From assembly GCF_001194135.2 (NCBI RefSeq), contig NC_068989.1, positions 27,947,398-28,001,581 on the forward strand: a DNA stretch of 54,184 bases, read 5' to 3'. Below, in pieces: positions 39,845 to 51,859 of the stretch. Each line of letters opens with the position of its first letter. The first letter of the stretch is position 1. This stretch comes from Octopus bimaculoides (lineage: Eukaryota). Under the pieces are notes generated by a model. That model did not search any database, had not been told where the DNA came from, and was given only the letters and a program-made list of their open reading frames with translations. The position numbers and the translations under genes are program-made.

Positions 39845-40239
39845 TATAGATTGGTAAATGTTTTTATTTTTCATTCCCTTTCGAAATTATCCCTAATTTT
39901 TGTGGTATGTAGTCTTTTGCTGCTATTTCTAGCGGGTTAGATGTCCTATTATAGGCATCTCTGCATTTTAAATGAATAATACATAGTCTATTGACTGTTT
40001 TTTTACTCTCGCTAGACCACTGGTGGTAAATAAAATTTCTAAAAAAATTTTTTTTGCTACCCTATAATTTATTAATAATGATAAAATTCTTTTTGGCTAA
40101 TTTTCTGAACGAAAATCGACATTTTTGTATTTGCTACCCATTAGGTAAACCGCAAATAAGCGGTATATTTTGAAAAATTAGACATAGGAACACGAACCAT
40201 GCTGCTTATTGACTCGTGCTTCATATGTTGTCTGGTCAT

Positions 40240-40317
40240 TTCTGCTGATGATAGTCCGACCTTGTAAGATATATAATTTTTATATTACTAAAATTGACTT
40301 GAAACCATGGTACAGAA
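40240..40317 (+). ncRNA. Type I hammerhead ribozyme motif (unit 3)
   Basis: UUCUG-CUGAUGA(40245)-U-AGUC...GACU-U-GAAA(40301)CCAUGGUA-CAGAA. Perfect 5-bp stem I, predicted cleavage after A40312. Confidence 0.68.
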
Positions 40318-40984
40318 TATAGATTGGTAAATGTTTTTATTTTTCATTCCCTTTCTAAATTATCCCTAATTTTTGTGGTATGTAGTCTTTTGCTGCTATT
40401 TCTAGCGGGTTAGATGTCCTATTATAGGCATCTCTGCATTTAAATGAATAATACATAGTCTATTGACTGTTTTTTTNNNNNNNNNNNNNNNNNNNNNNNN
40501 NNNNNNNNNNNNNNNNNNNNNNNNNNNNNNNNNNNNNNNNNNNNNNNNNNNNNNNNNNNNNNNNNNNNNNNNNNNNNNNNNNNNNNNNNNNNNNNNNNNN
40601 NNNNNNNNNNNNNNNNNNNNNNNNNNNNNNNNNNNNNNNNNNNNNNNNNNNNNNNNNNNNNNNNNNNNNNNNNNNNNNNNNNNNNNNNNNNNNNNNNNNN
40701 NNNNNNNNNNNNNNNNNNNNNNNNNNNNNNNNNNNNNNNNNNNNNNNNNNNNNNNNNNNNNNNNNNNNNNNNNNNNNNNNNNNNNNNNNNNNNNNNNNNN
40801 NNNNNNNNNNNNNNNNNNNNNNNNNNNNNNNNNNNNNNNNNNNNNNNNNNNNNNNNNNNNNNNNNNNNNNNNNNNNNNNNNNNNNNNNNNNNNNNNNNNN
40901 NNNNNNNNNNNNNNNNNNNNNNNNNNNNNNNNNNNNNNNNNNNNNNNNNNNNNNNNNNNNNNTATATATATATATATATATATA

Positions 40985-41155
40985 ATGTATGTTATTTTGT
41001 GTTTGTGTTTGACAACCCACTACCATCGCTTGACAACTGTTGGCAGTGTGTTTATGTCCCCGTAACATAGCAGTTCGGCAAAAGAAACCGATAGGTACTG
41101 GGTTTACAAAGAATAAGTCCTGGGTTAGATTTGTTCTATTAAAGGCGGTACTCCT
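40985..41155 (+). mobile_element. SINE 3' fragment (same family as 33463 and 34067)
   Basis: CGCTTGACAAC...GTGTTTATGTCCCCGTAAC...GGTTCGGCAAAAGA-like segment and AAGAATAAGTCCTGGG are shared with the other copies. Confidence 0.75.
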
Positions 41156-42538
41156 TTAATAGTAAAATAACTGCAACAAGTAAAATAATAAAAGGGAAAA
41201 TAAAAGTATGTATATTTGTGACAGATGTTTTGAATTTTCAGCCTTCAAGACTTTATCGAACTTTGCTACATCTGATTATATCGTGTCGTTATGCGGCCTC
41301 TTGTAAGTGTGCTTTCCATGGATAGATGGAGCTATACTGAATGATAATATTTTGAAGTTTGAATTCTGATGGAAAGATATTATATAAGATTTTATTTTTG
41401 ATATCTGTAGTTGTGTGATTATACTGAGTTTAATTAGGCATATAAAACTTTTTAATCGGATGTATCTATTTTGTCGGCTTCAGGTCATGTGGTTGTTTGG
41501 GGGTGAAATGAAGAGTGTAAGGTTAAAAGTTTAGTTGATCAGCAGATCTCTAACTTGCATTTAATTGTTGTTGCTGTTATATACAATATAAAATATTTAA
41601 CCTTCTGGTTTTGGAATGATAGAGGTCATTGTTCAGAATTCTGTCTAGCATGTAAATCTTAGTTACCATGTTTGTCTATTTCGGTTTCTCAATTTCTTAT
41701 CGGCGCGTTGGTAGTCTATGAATTTGATATTCAGTGCTATATTTATAACAAATGCAATGACCGCCGGAGAAAGTATCACTATTATTTGAAAGATAAAACG
41801 TAACATTCTGATCAACTGCATTAGCAATATATTTACTCTTTGTTAGACAAATCTCGCAGCTTCTCTTATTTCATTCTACAATCGCAATAACCCCTTGAAA
41901 AAATCCGTTACTACCTGTACGATACATTAGGGTCCTATCGACAAAACAAGAATACATTTTTAAAAGTCTCTTTGAAGTTTAAAAGGCAGCATGCAAGTAG
42001 ATAACAGTAGGATAAAATTTTCAAATTAAGTAGGACACAAGTAAAAGAAACACAATTTAGAATGAAAGGTTGATATCCATGCCAAAGATTTTCTGAGACA
42101 AGCGGCGGTTGTTGCAATGCAATCATTTCTATTTCTTTGCCTAATCCCCTAGAAATTCAGCTTAATCTCCAAAGTCATTGCATCAAGTATATTAAATTTG
42201 AAAAAGATATCGATTTATAATTTTGTGTGTGAAAGTTTATGTGTGTGCATGTACGTATGTATATGGATATATCTGCATAATGGGAGCGTGTGTGTGTGTG
42301 TGTGTGTGTGAGTGTGTGATGTGTGTGTGTGTGTATGTGAGTGTGTTTCTGCATTCCTATGAATAAAATATATTCTTATGTTTATACATGCATACTAACG
42401 CAATACCTATACGATGAATGTATATGTGTGTGTGTAGGCGTTTCTCTGTGTGTTAGTGCTTGTTTGTATCTATGTATTTGTAAGTATATATATACATATA
42501 TATGTATGTATAAATAAATATATATTTATTTACACACA

Positions 42539-42587
<49 letters not shown>

Positions 42588-42597
42588 NNNNNNNNNN

Positions 42598-42652
<55 letters not shown>

Positions 42653-42653
<1 letters not shown>

Positions 42654-43645
42654 GAGGGTCGGTAGAAAAGTATATATGCTGACCAAGATATTCTCATGGA
42701 ACGTGACCAAACGAGGTTTATTTTGAACATAGTCCCCACCCTTTTTGTCCACATAATTCTTCCATCGGTGGTCCAGTGCTTGGAGACCATTGGTGAAGAA
42801 GCTGTAATCGTGTGGGTAAAAAAACGTCAACAGCAGATATGACGTCATCATTACTGCGATAATGGTTCCCAACCAAGTGTTTTTCAGATGGAGATACATC
42901 AGGAGTTTAGGGATGGTGATCAATCAGTTCAAAGCTACAGTCACGCACAACAGCCATTTCCAACGAGTTGTGTACTGGAGCATTGATCTCAAGAAACAAA
43001 ACGCTTACGTTAGTTTTCCAGGGCGTTTGGTCTTGAAAGCCTTTCGTTAGTATATCAGTAAGTCAGTATTGTACTCCCCATTTATGGTGTGATCCTTTTG
43101 AAAGTAGTCAATAAATAAAATGCCTTTCGCATCCCAAAGAGCTGCGGCTGTCAGCTTCCCTGCAGATGAAACGACCTTGGCCTTATTTGATACAGGTGAG
43201 GAGTGTTCCAGGAGTGTTTCTATCGCATGTATTGTTCCTTTCTCTCAGGCTCAAAGTGATGAAGCCAAAACTCAACCTGAGTTACGAAACATTCAGTGTA
43301 ACCACATGGATCTGACTCAAACAGTGTTAGATTTTCCTGTGATGTTATCAGCTTGGTGTGCTTTTACCCACCAAGCAGAAGCCTCCGTCAGACGAAGTTT
43401 ATTGTGAAAAATATTCTCAACTCTCTCACAGGATATGCTAATAGAATTGATTATTGGATTTATAATAAATTGCCTGTCATTTACCACGATCAAATGTTTT
43501 CTTCGGTTGGGGTAGTTGCGGGATGTCCAGCCCTTGGGTTATCTTCAAAATTCTCGCTTCCCGTCCTAAATGCAGCTGCCGACGTTTGCACTGTTGATAA
43601 AGCTGGAGTGTCATCCCCTAATGTATATGACGGAGTTTATCATGC
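42653..43645 (-). mobile_element. Mariner transposon, decayed, 5' TIR not seen
   Basis: Minus-strand remnants: GDDTPALSTV...EDNPRAGHPATT, KAKVVSSAGK..LWDAKGILFIDYFQKDHTINGEY, KRPGKL, NGLQALDHRWKNYVDKKGGDYV. TIR-like CGAGGGTCGGTAGAAAAGT at 42653. Confidence 0.85.
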
Positions 43646-43814
43646 ACTGCTGTTGCTGCAGGCATGCTTCAGAGTCTCCACAGTTACAACAGGGAGTGAC
43701 TCTTGGTGACTTTTACGAGTTATAATGTTATTTATATTGGACAGCAGTTGTGTGGTATTTTAGTTGATCGTCTGTTAAAAATCTTCTTGAGAGGTGAACC
43801 AAAAATTTCAATTT

Positions 43815-44630
43815 CACAGAGATGTTGAAGATAAGACAGACAGAGAGGAAAGATGGCTATGGATGACTAAAAGGGATTTAAAACCGGAAACGGAGGCCCT
43901 AATCTGTGCTGCATAAGAGCAAGCACTAAGAACAAATTACATAAAATACAGAATAGACAACACATCAGAAAGTGATAAGTGCAGAATTTGTGGACAAAAC
44001 GGTGAAACGGTATGGCATATTACCAGCCAATGTATGTCACTAGCCCAGAAGGAATATAATAGACGCCATGACAATATAGCCAAGCTTGTCCATTGGAAAC
44101 TTTGCAACAAGTTTGAACTTGACAGCAAAAAATTGGTACGACCACAAACCTGAAGGCATATTCGAAGATAGAAATGCAAAGATCCTATGGGATTTTATGA
44201 TTCAGTGCGACCATGAGATTGAGAATAGGAAGCCGGATATAGTCTTAATTGAGAAAGAAAACAAACTATGCTGGATCATAGATATAGCAACAAGGTATGC
44301 GATAAGGAAGAAAGAAACGTGGAGAGATATGACAGGCTAGCTTGGAAGGTTAAGCAGTTGTGGTCGATGAAAAAGGTAGCAGTAGTACCAATAATTGTCG
44401 GAGCCCTGAGAACAGTGAGCAAAAATCTCGAGAAGTACGTGGAACAAATATGAGCTGCAATAAAGGTGGAACACTTGCAGAAAACAGCACTGCTTGGGAC
44501 CGGTCAAATACTCAGAAAGGTGCTTGAAAAATAAGAGGTGTTACCTTAGTTCACTGGTAGTGAACAGCTGATACAATAGTACATTTCCAGCGTTAGAAAC
44601 TGTGCAAAAGTAACAATAGTAATAATAATG
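43815..44630 (+). mobile_element. R4/Dong-like non-LTR retrotransposon, 3' fragment (copy A)
   Basis: DLKPETEALICAA*EQALRTNY...KCRIC...ETVWHITSQC (CCHC), RRHDNIAKLVHW, ILWDFMIQCD...RKPDIV (restriction-like endonuclease), LRKVLEK*. A short 3' UTR and a TAA-rich tail follow. Confidence 0.88.
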
Positions 44631-44837
44631 ATGATGTAGTTAGCACCTATCAATATATACAAACAGCACAATTTAAAAACCGTAAACCACAGCAAAACCT
44701 ATAAAAAGAAAAGAAAAATTTCAAAGACAAAAATCAGAAATCCAAAAATTCAACAAAATGAACAATCAGTATACATATATNNNNNNNNNNNNNNNNNNNN
44801 NNNNNNNNNNNNNNNNNNNNNNNNNNNNNNNNNNNNN

Positions 44838-44891
<54 letters not shown>

Positions 44892-45399
44892 ATACTTATT
44901 TTTTCTCTCAGTACTTAAAAATAGAACAAGGTGAATTGGTTCTTTTCAAGACCAAGTTCAGCCTTCTCGTTGATCACTAGTAGTAGTAAACATATTTGAC
45001 CTCTGCTGACCCTAAGGGTGTGAGGCCGCTTTTGTCTCCTTATCGCACAGGAATGTTCTTTGATGATCTCATCACCATCTTCCCAATCTATTTACAGACC
45101 TGTTGAATTTAATCTGTTCAAAATTTGAAACTAAGCAACATTTAATAAAACCGCTTAATAATGAATGGAAATGATAATAAAGATGGTAATAATAGTGATA
45201 ATGATGATAATGATAATAATAATGATAATAATGATAATAATAATGATAATAATAATGATAATAATAATTTAGCCAAAACTCACGTCGGATCAGAGGAAAT
45301 ATTAACAATGATAAATAGTAAAAAAAATGAAAATAATAATATCAGTGATGATAATAATAATGAAAGGAAGCGGTTGGATTCTTCGTATGCTCTGATTGA

Positions 45400-47959
45400 T
45401 GATACACCTAGTGATGGTGGAAGAAGTTAGAAAGAAGTATGGTGTAGATACAAAAGGCCTGAATGTTGTAATTGAAGAAATGAAGCAGCGCATACTTGCA
45501 AAAAAAGCAAAGCTAACTAGGTTTGAACAACGGATTAAGCAATACTGGCAAAACAAATTGCTCAGAACCGACCAAAAAGATTTTATTAAGAGATTAATGA
45601 TGATAAAATTCATGAAAGATTAGTTCGTAATGCTGATGAAAATCGACTTTTCTAGGGTAAGATATGGCGTAGCTAACAACAACGTGTTACTACATCTGAA
45701 TGGTTCTGCAGCCTGAAGCAAACAGCTTCTTATCCCCAACAAGACAGTATCAGAAATATGAGTTAAAAGAAAAGCAACTGGAAAGCATCAGGACCTGATG
45801 GTGTACAGGGATTTGGGATAAAGAAGTTCAGTAGTTGCCATAAATTGATCGCAGAGCAATTTTATGCATTGATCAATGGAAATGAAGAAAGCCTCGGCTG
45901 GTTGACAAAAGGACGAACGGTGTTGTGACTGAAGGATCCATCAATGAGAAATGCTACTGACAATTACAAACCAATTTCCTGCCTCTCATTAATGTGGAAG
46001 TTACTGTTAGGAGGAATTTCAGACGAACTGTATAAATTTCTTGATGAGAATGATATATTACCGACGGAATGAAAACGCTGTAGAAGGAGATGCAGAGGTA
46101 CCAACGATTAACTATTTATAGACAAAATGGTAATGCAAGATTGTAAGCGGAGGAGAAACATCTGGGAATGGCCTGGATTGGCTATCGTAAAGTTTATATG
46201 ATTCCACATTCGTGGCTCATTGAGTGCTTAGATCTGTTGGGAATTGCGAGGAACGCAATGTGTTTCCTGAAGAGAAGTATGGTGGGATGGAAAACTGAAC
46301 TGACATCTTATGGAAAAAGTTCCGTTGCTTTTTGTTCTCTGCATGATGCCCCTGACCTTGGTACTTTGGAAAATGAACCTGGGGTACCAACTAAAGGCAA
46401 ACTCCTAAACAATCAACTACTTCCTCTTCATGGATGATTTGAAACTGTATGGCAAAGATGAGACACAAGTGAGTTCTTTGGTGAACACGGTCCACTGTTT
46501 TAGTACTGATATTAGAATGGAATTTGGACTCAAGAAGTGCGGGACAATGTCCCTAAAATGAAGCAATGTAGAGTCCCTAACAGGGATAGAATTACCGAAT
46601 AGAGACTTGATTTATCAAAATGAAATGGAAAGACACAAATACCTTGGTGTACTGGTGTTCAACGAGATAGTGGAAAACGAAATGAAAGAGTAACAGAAAA
46701 TAGAGTATTTTCGAAGACTGATGGTGGTGTTGCGCTCGAAATTAACTGGATGGAATTAAATTCAAGCAGTTAAAACGTATACGATTGCATCACTTCGGTA
46801 TGGAGCGGGAATTATAAAATGGCAAAAGAAAGAAGTGAAGAAAATGGATACCAAACCCAGAAAAATGTTGACAGTATACGGTTCCTTCCACCATAAGAGT
46901 GACACCGATAAGCTGTACTTGTCCAGACGAAAGCTGTACTTGTCCAGAGTGGTTTGATCAATTGTCAAGACTGTATCGAAGCAGAGTAAAGCAGCTTTAG
47001 GTAGTATATAAAAAAAATAAAACGCCGTGGAACCAGGTTTGAAACTCACGCAGAAGGCCGAATTCATCAAAACTGAAAATTCTGTAACTAAAGAAAAATT
47101 TAAACAAAACTTGAACAAAAAAGACAAAAAGAATGAAAGGAAAAGAAAATGTACGGTCAGTTTGCAAGATATGTGAAAGAGATGTGAAGAAACAGATACA
47201 GAGGACCGGTGGTTATGGATGAAGAGGAGTGACCTGTGGATAGAGATAGAAACATTCATGTGCACAGCTCAAGAACAAGCGTTAAGGACCAACTATATGA
47301 AGTGCAGAATAGACAACACTACCGATAGCGAGAAATGTGGAATGTGTGGCGAGAAGGGTGAATCGGTATGACATAACGTTAGCGAATGCCCGAAATTGTC
47401 ACATCACGAATGCAAAAGACACCCTGACAATGTAGCAAGAATGATCGATTGGCAGGTCTGTGGAAATCACGGCCTACAAAGAGCAAACACGTGGTATGAG
47501 AAAACTCCAGAAAGAGTCACTCAAAATTAGAATTGTAAAATCCTGTGGGATGCAATGATCCAGTGCGATCACCCGACCAAATATCGGAAGCCGGACATTG
47601 TTGTGGTGAATAAAAAAGAAACATGTATAATAATCGACTTAGCATGCTCCGCTGAGAAAAGGATTAATGTGAAAGAAGAAGAAAAAATAAACAGCTATGA
47701 CGATTTGAAGTCGTCAATGAAGTGGGAAATACGAAGGTTTTACATTTGGAAATATTAGTACTCAACTACCAACATGGCTGAAAAAGATTGGTGCAAGTGT
47801 GAAAGTAAAACACCGGCATTGCTTGGAACTGCAGGAATTCTTTGCAAGGTTCTTGAAGCATGACCAGTAAACAAGTGTCACCTTAGTCTGCTGGTGGTGG
47901 ACAGCTGACACTTTCCATCATAAGCAGCAAAATAAGCTGTGTGTTTTCATATTATAATG

Positions 47960-48017
<58 letters not shown>

Positions 48018-48020
48018 TAA
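45400..48020 (+). mobile_element. R4/Dong-like non-LTR retrotransposon, 5'-truncated, decayed (copy B) with (TAA)n tail
   Basis: KKYGVDTKGLNVVIEEMKQRI, WKASGPDGVQG, NY.PISCL, AWIGYRK, LLFMDDLKLYG-like RT segment, EQALRTNY..KC..C, KPDIVV, LCKVLEA*. The tail is (TAA)n at 47954-48020. Confidence 0.9.
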
Positions 48021-48744
48021 GGCGTTGAAGGAAGCGATCTTTTTTCGAAAATAATTACAAAAACGAAATTTTACTGCCATACAAAGCACAATTTCTCTTA
48101 TGCACGATGTCTCAGTGAAACATGCGAAACACACATGAAAACAGCACCGGAAAGTTTACAAATTATACAATATAATTGGAACAAAGCAATAAGTACATAA
48201 ACTGAGTATAATTATGCATACACTCGAATGTCTACACAATCATATATACATATTAATTCCCATAGGACTACACACACATCCAAATGTTTACACAACTACG
48301 TGAAATTTACAGGACGAACATACACGCATATGAAAACACGTGTCACAAATGAAGCAAAAACAAAAAAGTAAAACAAAGCAATTTTTATTTTTTGAACTAA
48401 TACAGAGTGAACAATTCATAAGTTTAAAAACACCACAAAAACTACGCCCGGAGATAAATCTATCAAAAAAGAATACAGACAAATACAGTTCGTGTAGTCT
48501 TAAGAAGTTACGTTACAAACAATGTTTACATCCAGAGAACTTGGAGGAGGTGTTGTCTCAAAAAATTAACCCTAAACAGGCAGATCCATCCCCCAATGTC
48601 GACGTCCAAGCTCGTCATGTCTCAATGACAACAAAACAAAGTACAACCAAATCGGTCGTCACCCGGAATACCAAGGATCACGTAGTCGAATTATGAACCA
48701 GATTCTAGACGAAAAATCAGTTACTGGTTCATATCATCCCGAAA

Positions 48745-49111
48745 CACTGCAACTGGAAGTACCCCATAACCGGAATATTCGAACAGATGGCCATCCATGC
48801 TCATCATCAATTATTTGATGATGAGCATGGTGTACGGGAGATAATAAAAATGTTCTTACGGCCTTCTATCATGCCATATATTTCTCCACAAATAAATCTT
48901 ATACTGTACAAACCTACTTAAACTGGAGATAGAAGCACCTTGAAGTAAGACACCCCATAGACAGTAACAAACTTGCCAACGTCAGAAGAAATATGGAAAA
49001 GAAATTACTAACTAAATTAGAGTTTGACCAAATTAAACAATCAGTAAGTATAAAAGGGACGAAGTTGCAGCTAAAGAAGATATTACAGAGGAAATAATTA
49101 TAGACCAGCCC

Positions 49112-49181
<70 letters not shown>

Positions 49182-50060
49182 TGAAAATGCAATAATGATT
49201 GAAAGAGTTAAAGTAACTGATAAGCTAAGTGAAATACTCTCTGAACCAACCACAAACACAAAGGCAGATGAAAATTAAAATAGATGAAGAAAGTTGCACA
49301 GAAATTTACCCAACAAAACAATATGATCTAAAAAATCAAATCATGCTAGAATGGCTGAAGATTAAAGAAACCAGCATGAGTGAATCCGACACTCTCCCAG
49401 AAATTCGCAATTCTAACCATGCTTGAAAAGGATTGGTAAAATCTACCTTGCACTTAAGAATATAATTTCAGCTAATGATGTTGATATTAGAGAGCTCAAC
49501 CACCCGTACTGTGCATCCGCGAAAATTTCAACGATTCTATGAGGTGAAAAGATAAGAAAATGACAACATTCCCATTCCCACAAGAAACCTACTTCACAAG
49601 AGCGTATTTAACACCATATTCAGCTACTTAGTTCTGGCATAGAAGTTTTAAAATACCTTAAGTTTGACAAAACTATCAAACCAACAAAAATCCGAAAATT
49701 GAAGAAAATATATGATATGAAAACCATATATGACATCGGTACCACCATAGAAAACATCAAGCCAAAGCATAGCAAGGTATGAAAAGCGTGTTAGATTCTT
49801 CAAGGACATGTTCAAAAAGAGCCCTAAAAGTTTTTACAGGAAGATAGGGAAAATACCAGTTGCAGCAAAGTTTGTCCCATCAAAAGAAGTGCAGGAATTT
49901 TGAAATAAAATTTAGGCTGAAGAAAAAACACAATGAAAAAGCCCCGTGGATTGATAGAATATCTAGAAACTTAGAGTCCCTAGAAGAACAAAAGTGGGAT
50001 GGTAACAAGGTAGAGGGTGTAAGATCTGCTCCCAGGAAGTCAAGCAGATGGTGCAACAAT
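48745..50060 (+). mobile_element. R4/Dong-like element, 5' fragment (copy C), with internal (AAT)n
   Basis: IDSNKLANVRRNMEKKLLTKLE N-terminal segment and later KHNEKAPWI...LEEQKW. It stops near the start of RT, with many stops and frameshifts. Confidence 0.55.
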
Positions 50061-50109
50061 TGATGCCATAAAAATTTGCTTGAAACTTTCAGATGTCGAG
50101 AAATAATAG

Positions 50110-51850
50110 TGGCGATGACGATGGGGACGAACGTTACCTTACCTCAGTGATAGGAGTTTCCGAAAAACTTTGGTTGTAACGGCGAAAATGAAACTGGACC
50201 TTTAAGGGAAGGTCTCTCGTTCAGTAAAATCAGAGATTGACCATAGTTGTCATCGTAATACAGTATTAGCAGATAATAGAGCTAGGAGGGGGAAGTGGAC
50301 CAGCGAATAAAGCAAGATAGTGATACCGTGCTACTTAGAAAGTGAAACTAAAAGAAGGGAGTATTAAAAACGGATGTTAACACTTTGGGTAGAGAAGGGT
50401 ATGTTTAAAGTGACTGAGCAGAGATTAGTTGATCAAGGTAATGCTATTAGTAGAAAAAAGTGGATTACAGAATTGGAGGTAGAAGAGATAACAAGAGAAC
50501 TGGAAAAGAAAGACCAGGCAGTGGGAAAGGCAAACAACAACATAAGAGATACACTCCAAACCAAAGAAGAACCTAAAGGAAAAAAATTATTATAGCGCTA
50601 CTAATAAGGAAGGGACAACTGGCACAAATTACTTAAGTAATGTTTTTTGAGGAAGATCAGAAGATTTTAGATAAGTTACAGGAAGTAATGAGTAAAGAAG
50701 TAAGAAAACGATTGCCAGCATTAAAAGACACATCAACAAAAGGAAGCTACAAGAAATGACTTAGAAAGTAGATTCTGTTATCAGTAAGAGGGAGACTAAA
50801 ATATAGATGACACTAAATTATTCATCTATGCAGGAGGAGCAGTAGTCACCAGAAGATTAGATATCTCACAGGGAACGAGAGACTACAAAATTAAGTGCAG
50901 ACTTTAAGACAAAATCTGAGTAGAATAGAAGCCTGAAAAACAAATAAGTTAGGAAACAAAAGATGCTTAGTAAAAGAGAAAGGATTTGGGACAATAATAG
51001 AAGAGTTAAAACAGCGTATCATAGCCGTAGCAGGCAAGCTCTCCAGATATCAGAAAATAATAGATCAATATCAACGGAAAAGATTATTTGAGACAGACCA
51101 GAAGTGGTTTTATAGGCAAATAAATAGTGAGTGGATAACGAAGTACTGAAGATGAGAAATCTAATTCAGAGGAAGCTAGAAAGGTCTGGAGTAATATTTG
51201 GGATAAACCAGTCATTCATAATGGAGCCATTCGTATGGGTAAAAAGGTGAGAGAAGAAGTAGTGAGTGAGAAGCAGCCAGATCTAAAATTGACTAATGCA
51301 TTAATGAGTAAAGTGTTAGGAAAAATGCCGAATTGGAAGGGCCTAGGACCAGATTTAGTTCAAGGGTACTGGCTAAAGAAATTCCGTACTTTATATGGGA
51401 GGGTGAGGGCACAACTTCAGGATTGCCTTAATGGAGGAATAACACCAGATTGGATGACTAGATGGAGGACAATATTCATAATGAAGGATAAGAGCAAGGG
51501 TAATATAGCTAGCAACTATAGACCAATCACTTGCTTACCATTAGTGTGGAAGCTGTTAGAAGGAATGCTTTCAGAAAGCTTTTACGAGCAACCTGACAAC
51601 CAAAAGTTACTACCAGAAGAAGAAAAAGATTGTAGTAAGAAGGCTAGAGGAACGCATGATCTATTATGTATAGACAAAACAGTTCTAAATGAAGTAAAAG
51701 CTAGAAAGAAAAATCTAACAATAGCATGGATAGATTATAAGAAAGCCTGTAACATGATCGCACGCACATGGATAAGTGAATGTTTGAGTATATTCAGTGT
51801 AGTAGACAACATAACAGAAGTATTTAGCTTTGGCATGAAGTAATGGAAAG
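50110..51850 (+). mobile_element. R4/Dong-like element, 5' half, truncated within RT (copy D)
   Basis: RRKWT-like start, MLTLWVEKGMFKVTEQRLVDQ, IIEELKQRI, then ORF 51235-51843 with KMPNWKGLGPDLVQGYWLKKF, NYRPITCLP and AWIDYKKA. Confidence 0.88.
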
Positions 51851-51859
51851 TAGATCTAT

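Larger units (their letters stand above)
39122..40476. repeat. ~473-475-bp tandem repeat with an inverted first copy; each unit carries a hammerhead motif
   Basis: AGGCATCTCTGCATTTTAAATG recurs at 39478, 39953 and 40426. 39122-39472 is the reverse complement of 39620-39970. Both ends run into N gaps, and the unit has no ORF. Confidence 0.95.

Noticed and set aside
39478-40476. Tandem array considered as a CRISPR array
   Set aside because: Eukaryotic context, ~473-bp near-identical units and no unique spacers.
50060-50330. HDV-like ribozyme expected at the 5' end of an R4/Dong element
   Set aside because: I could not assemble a P1-P4 double pseudoknot by eye. An Infernal or RNAMotif search would be needed.
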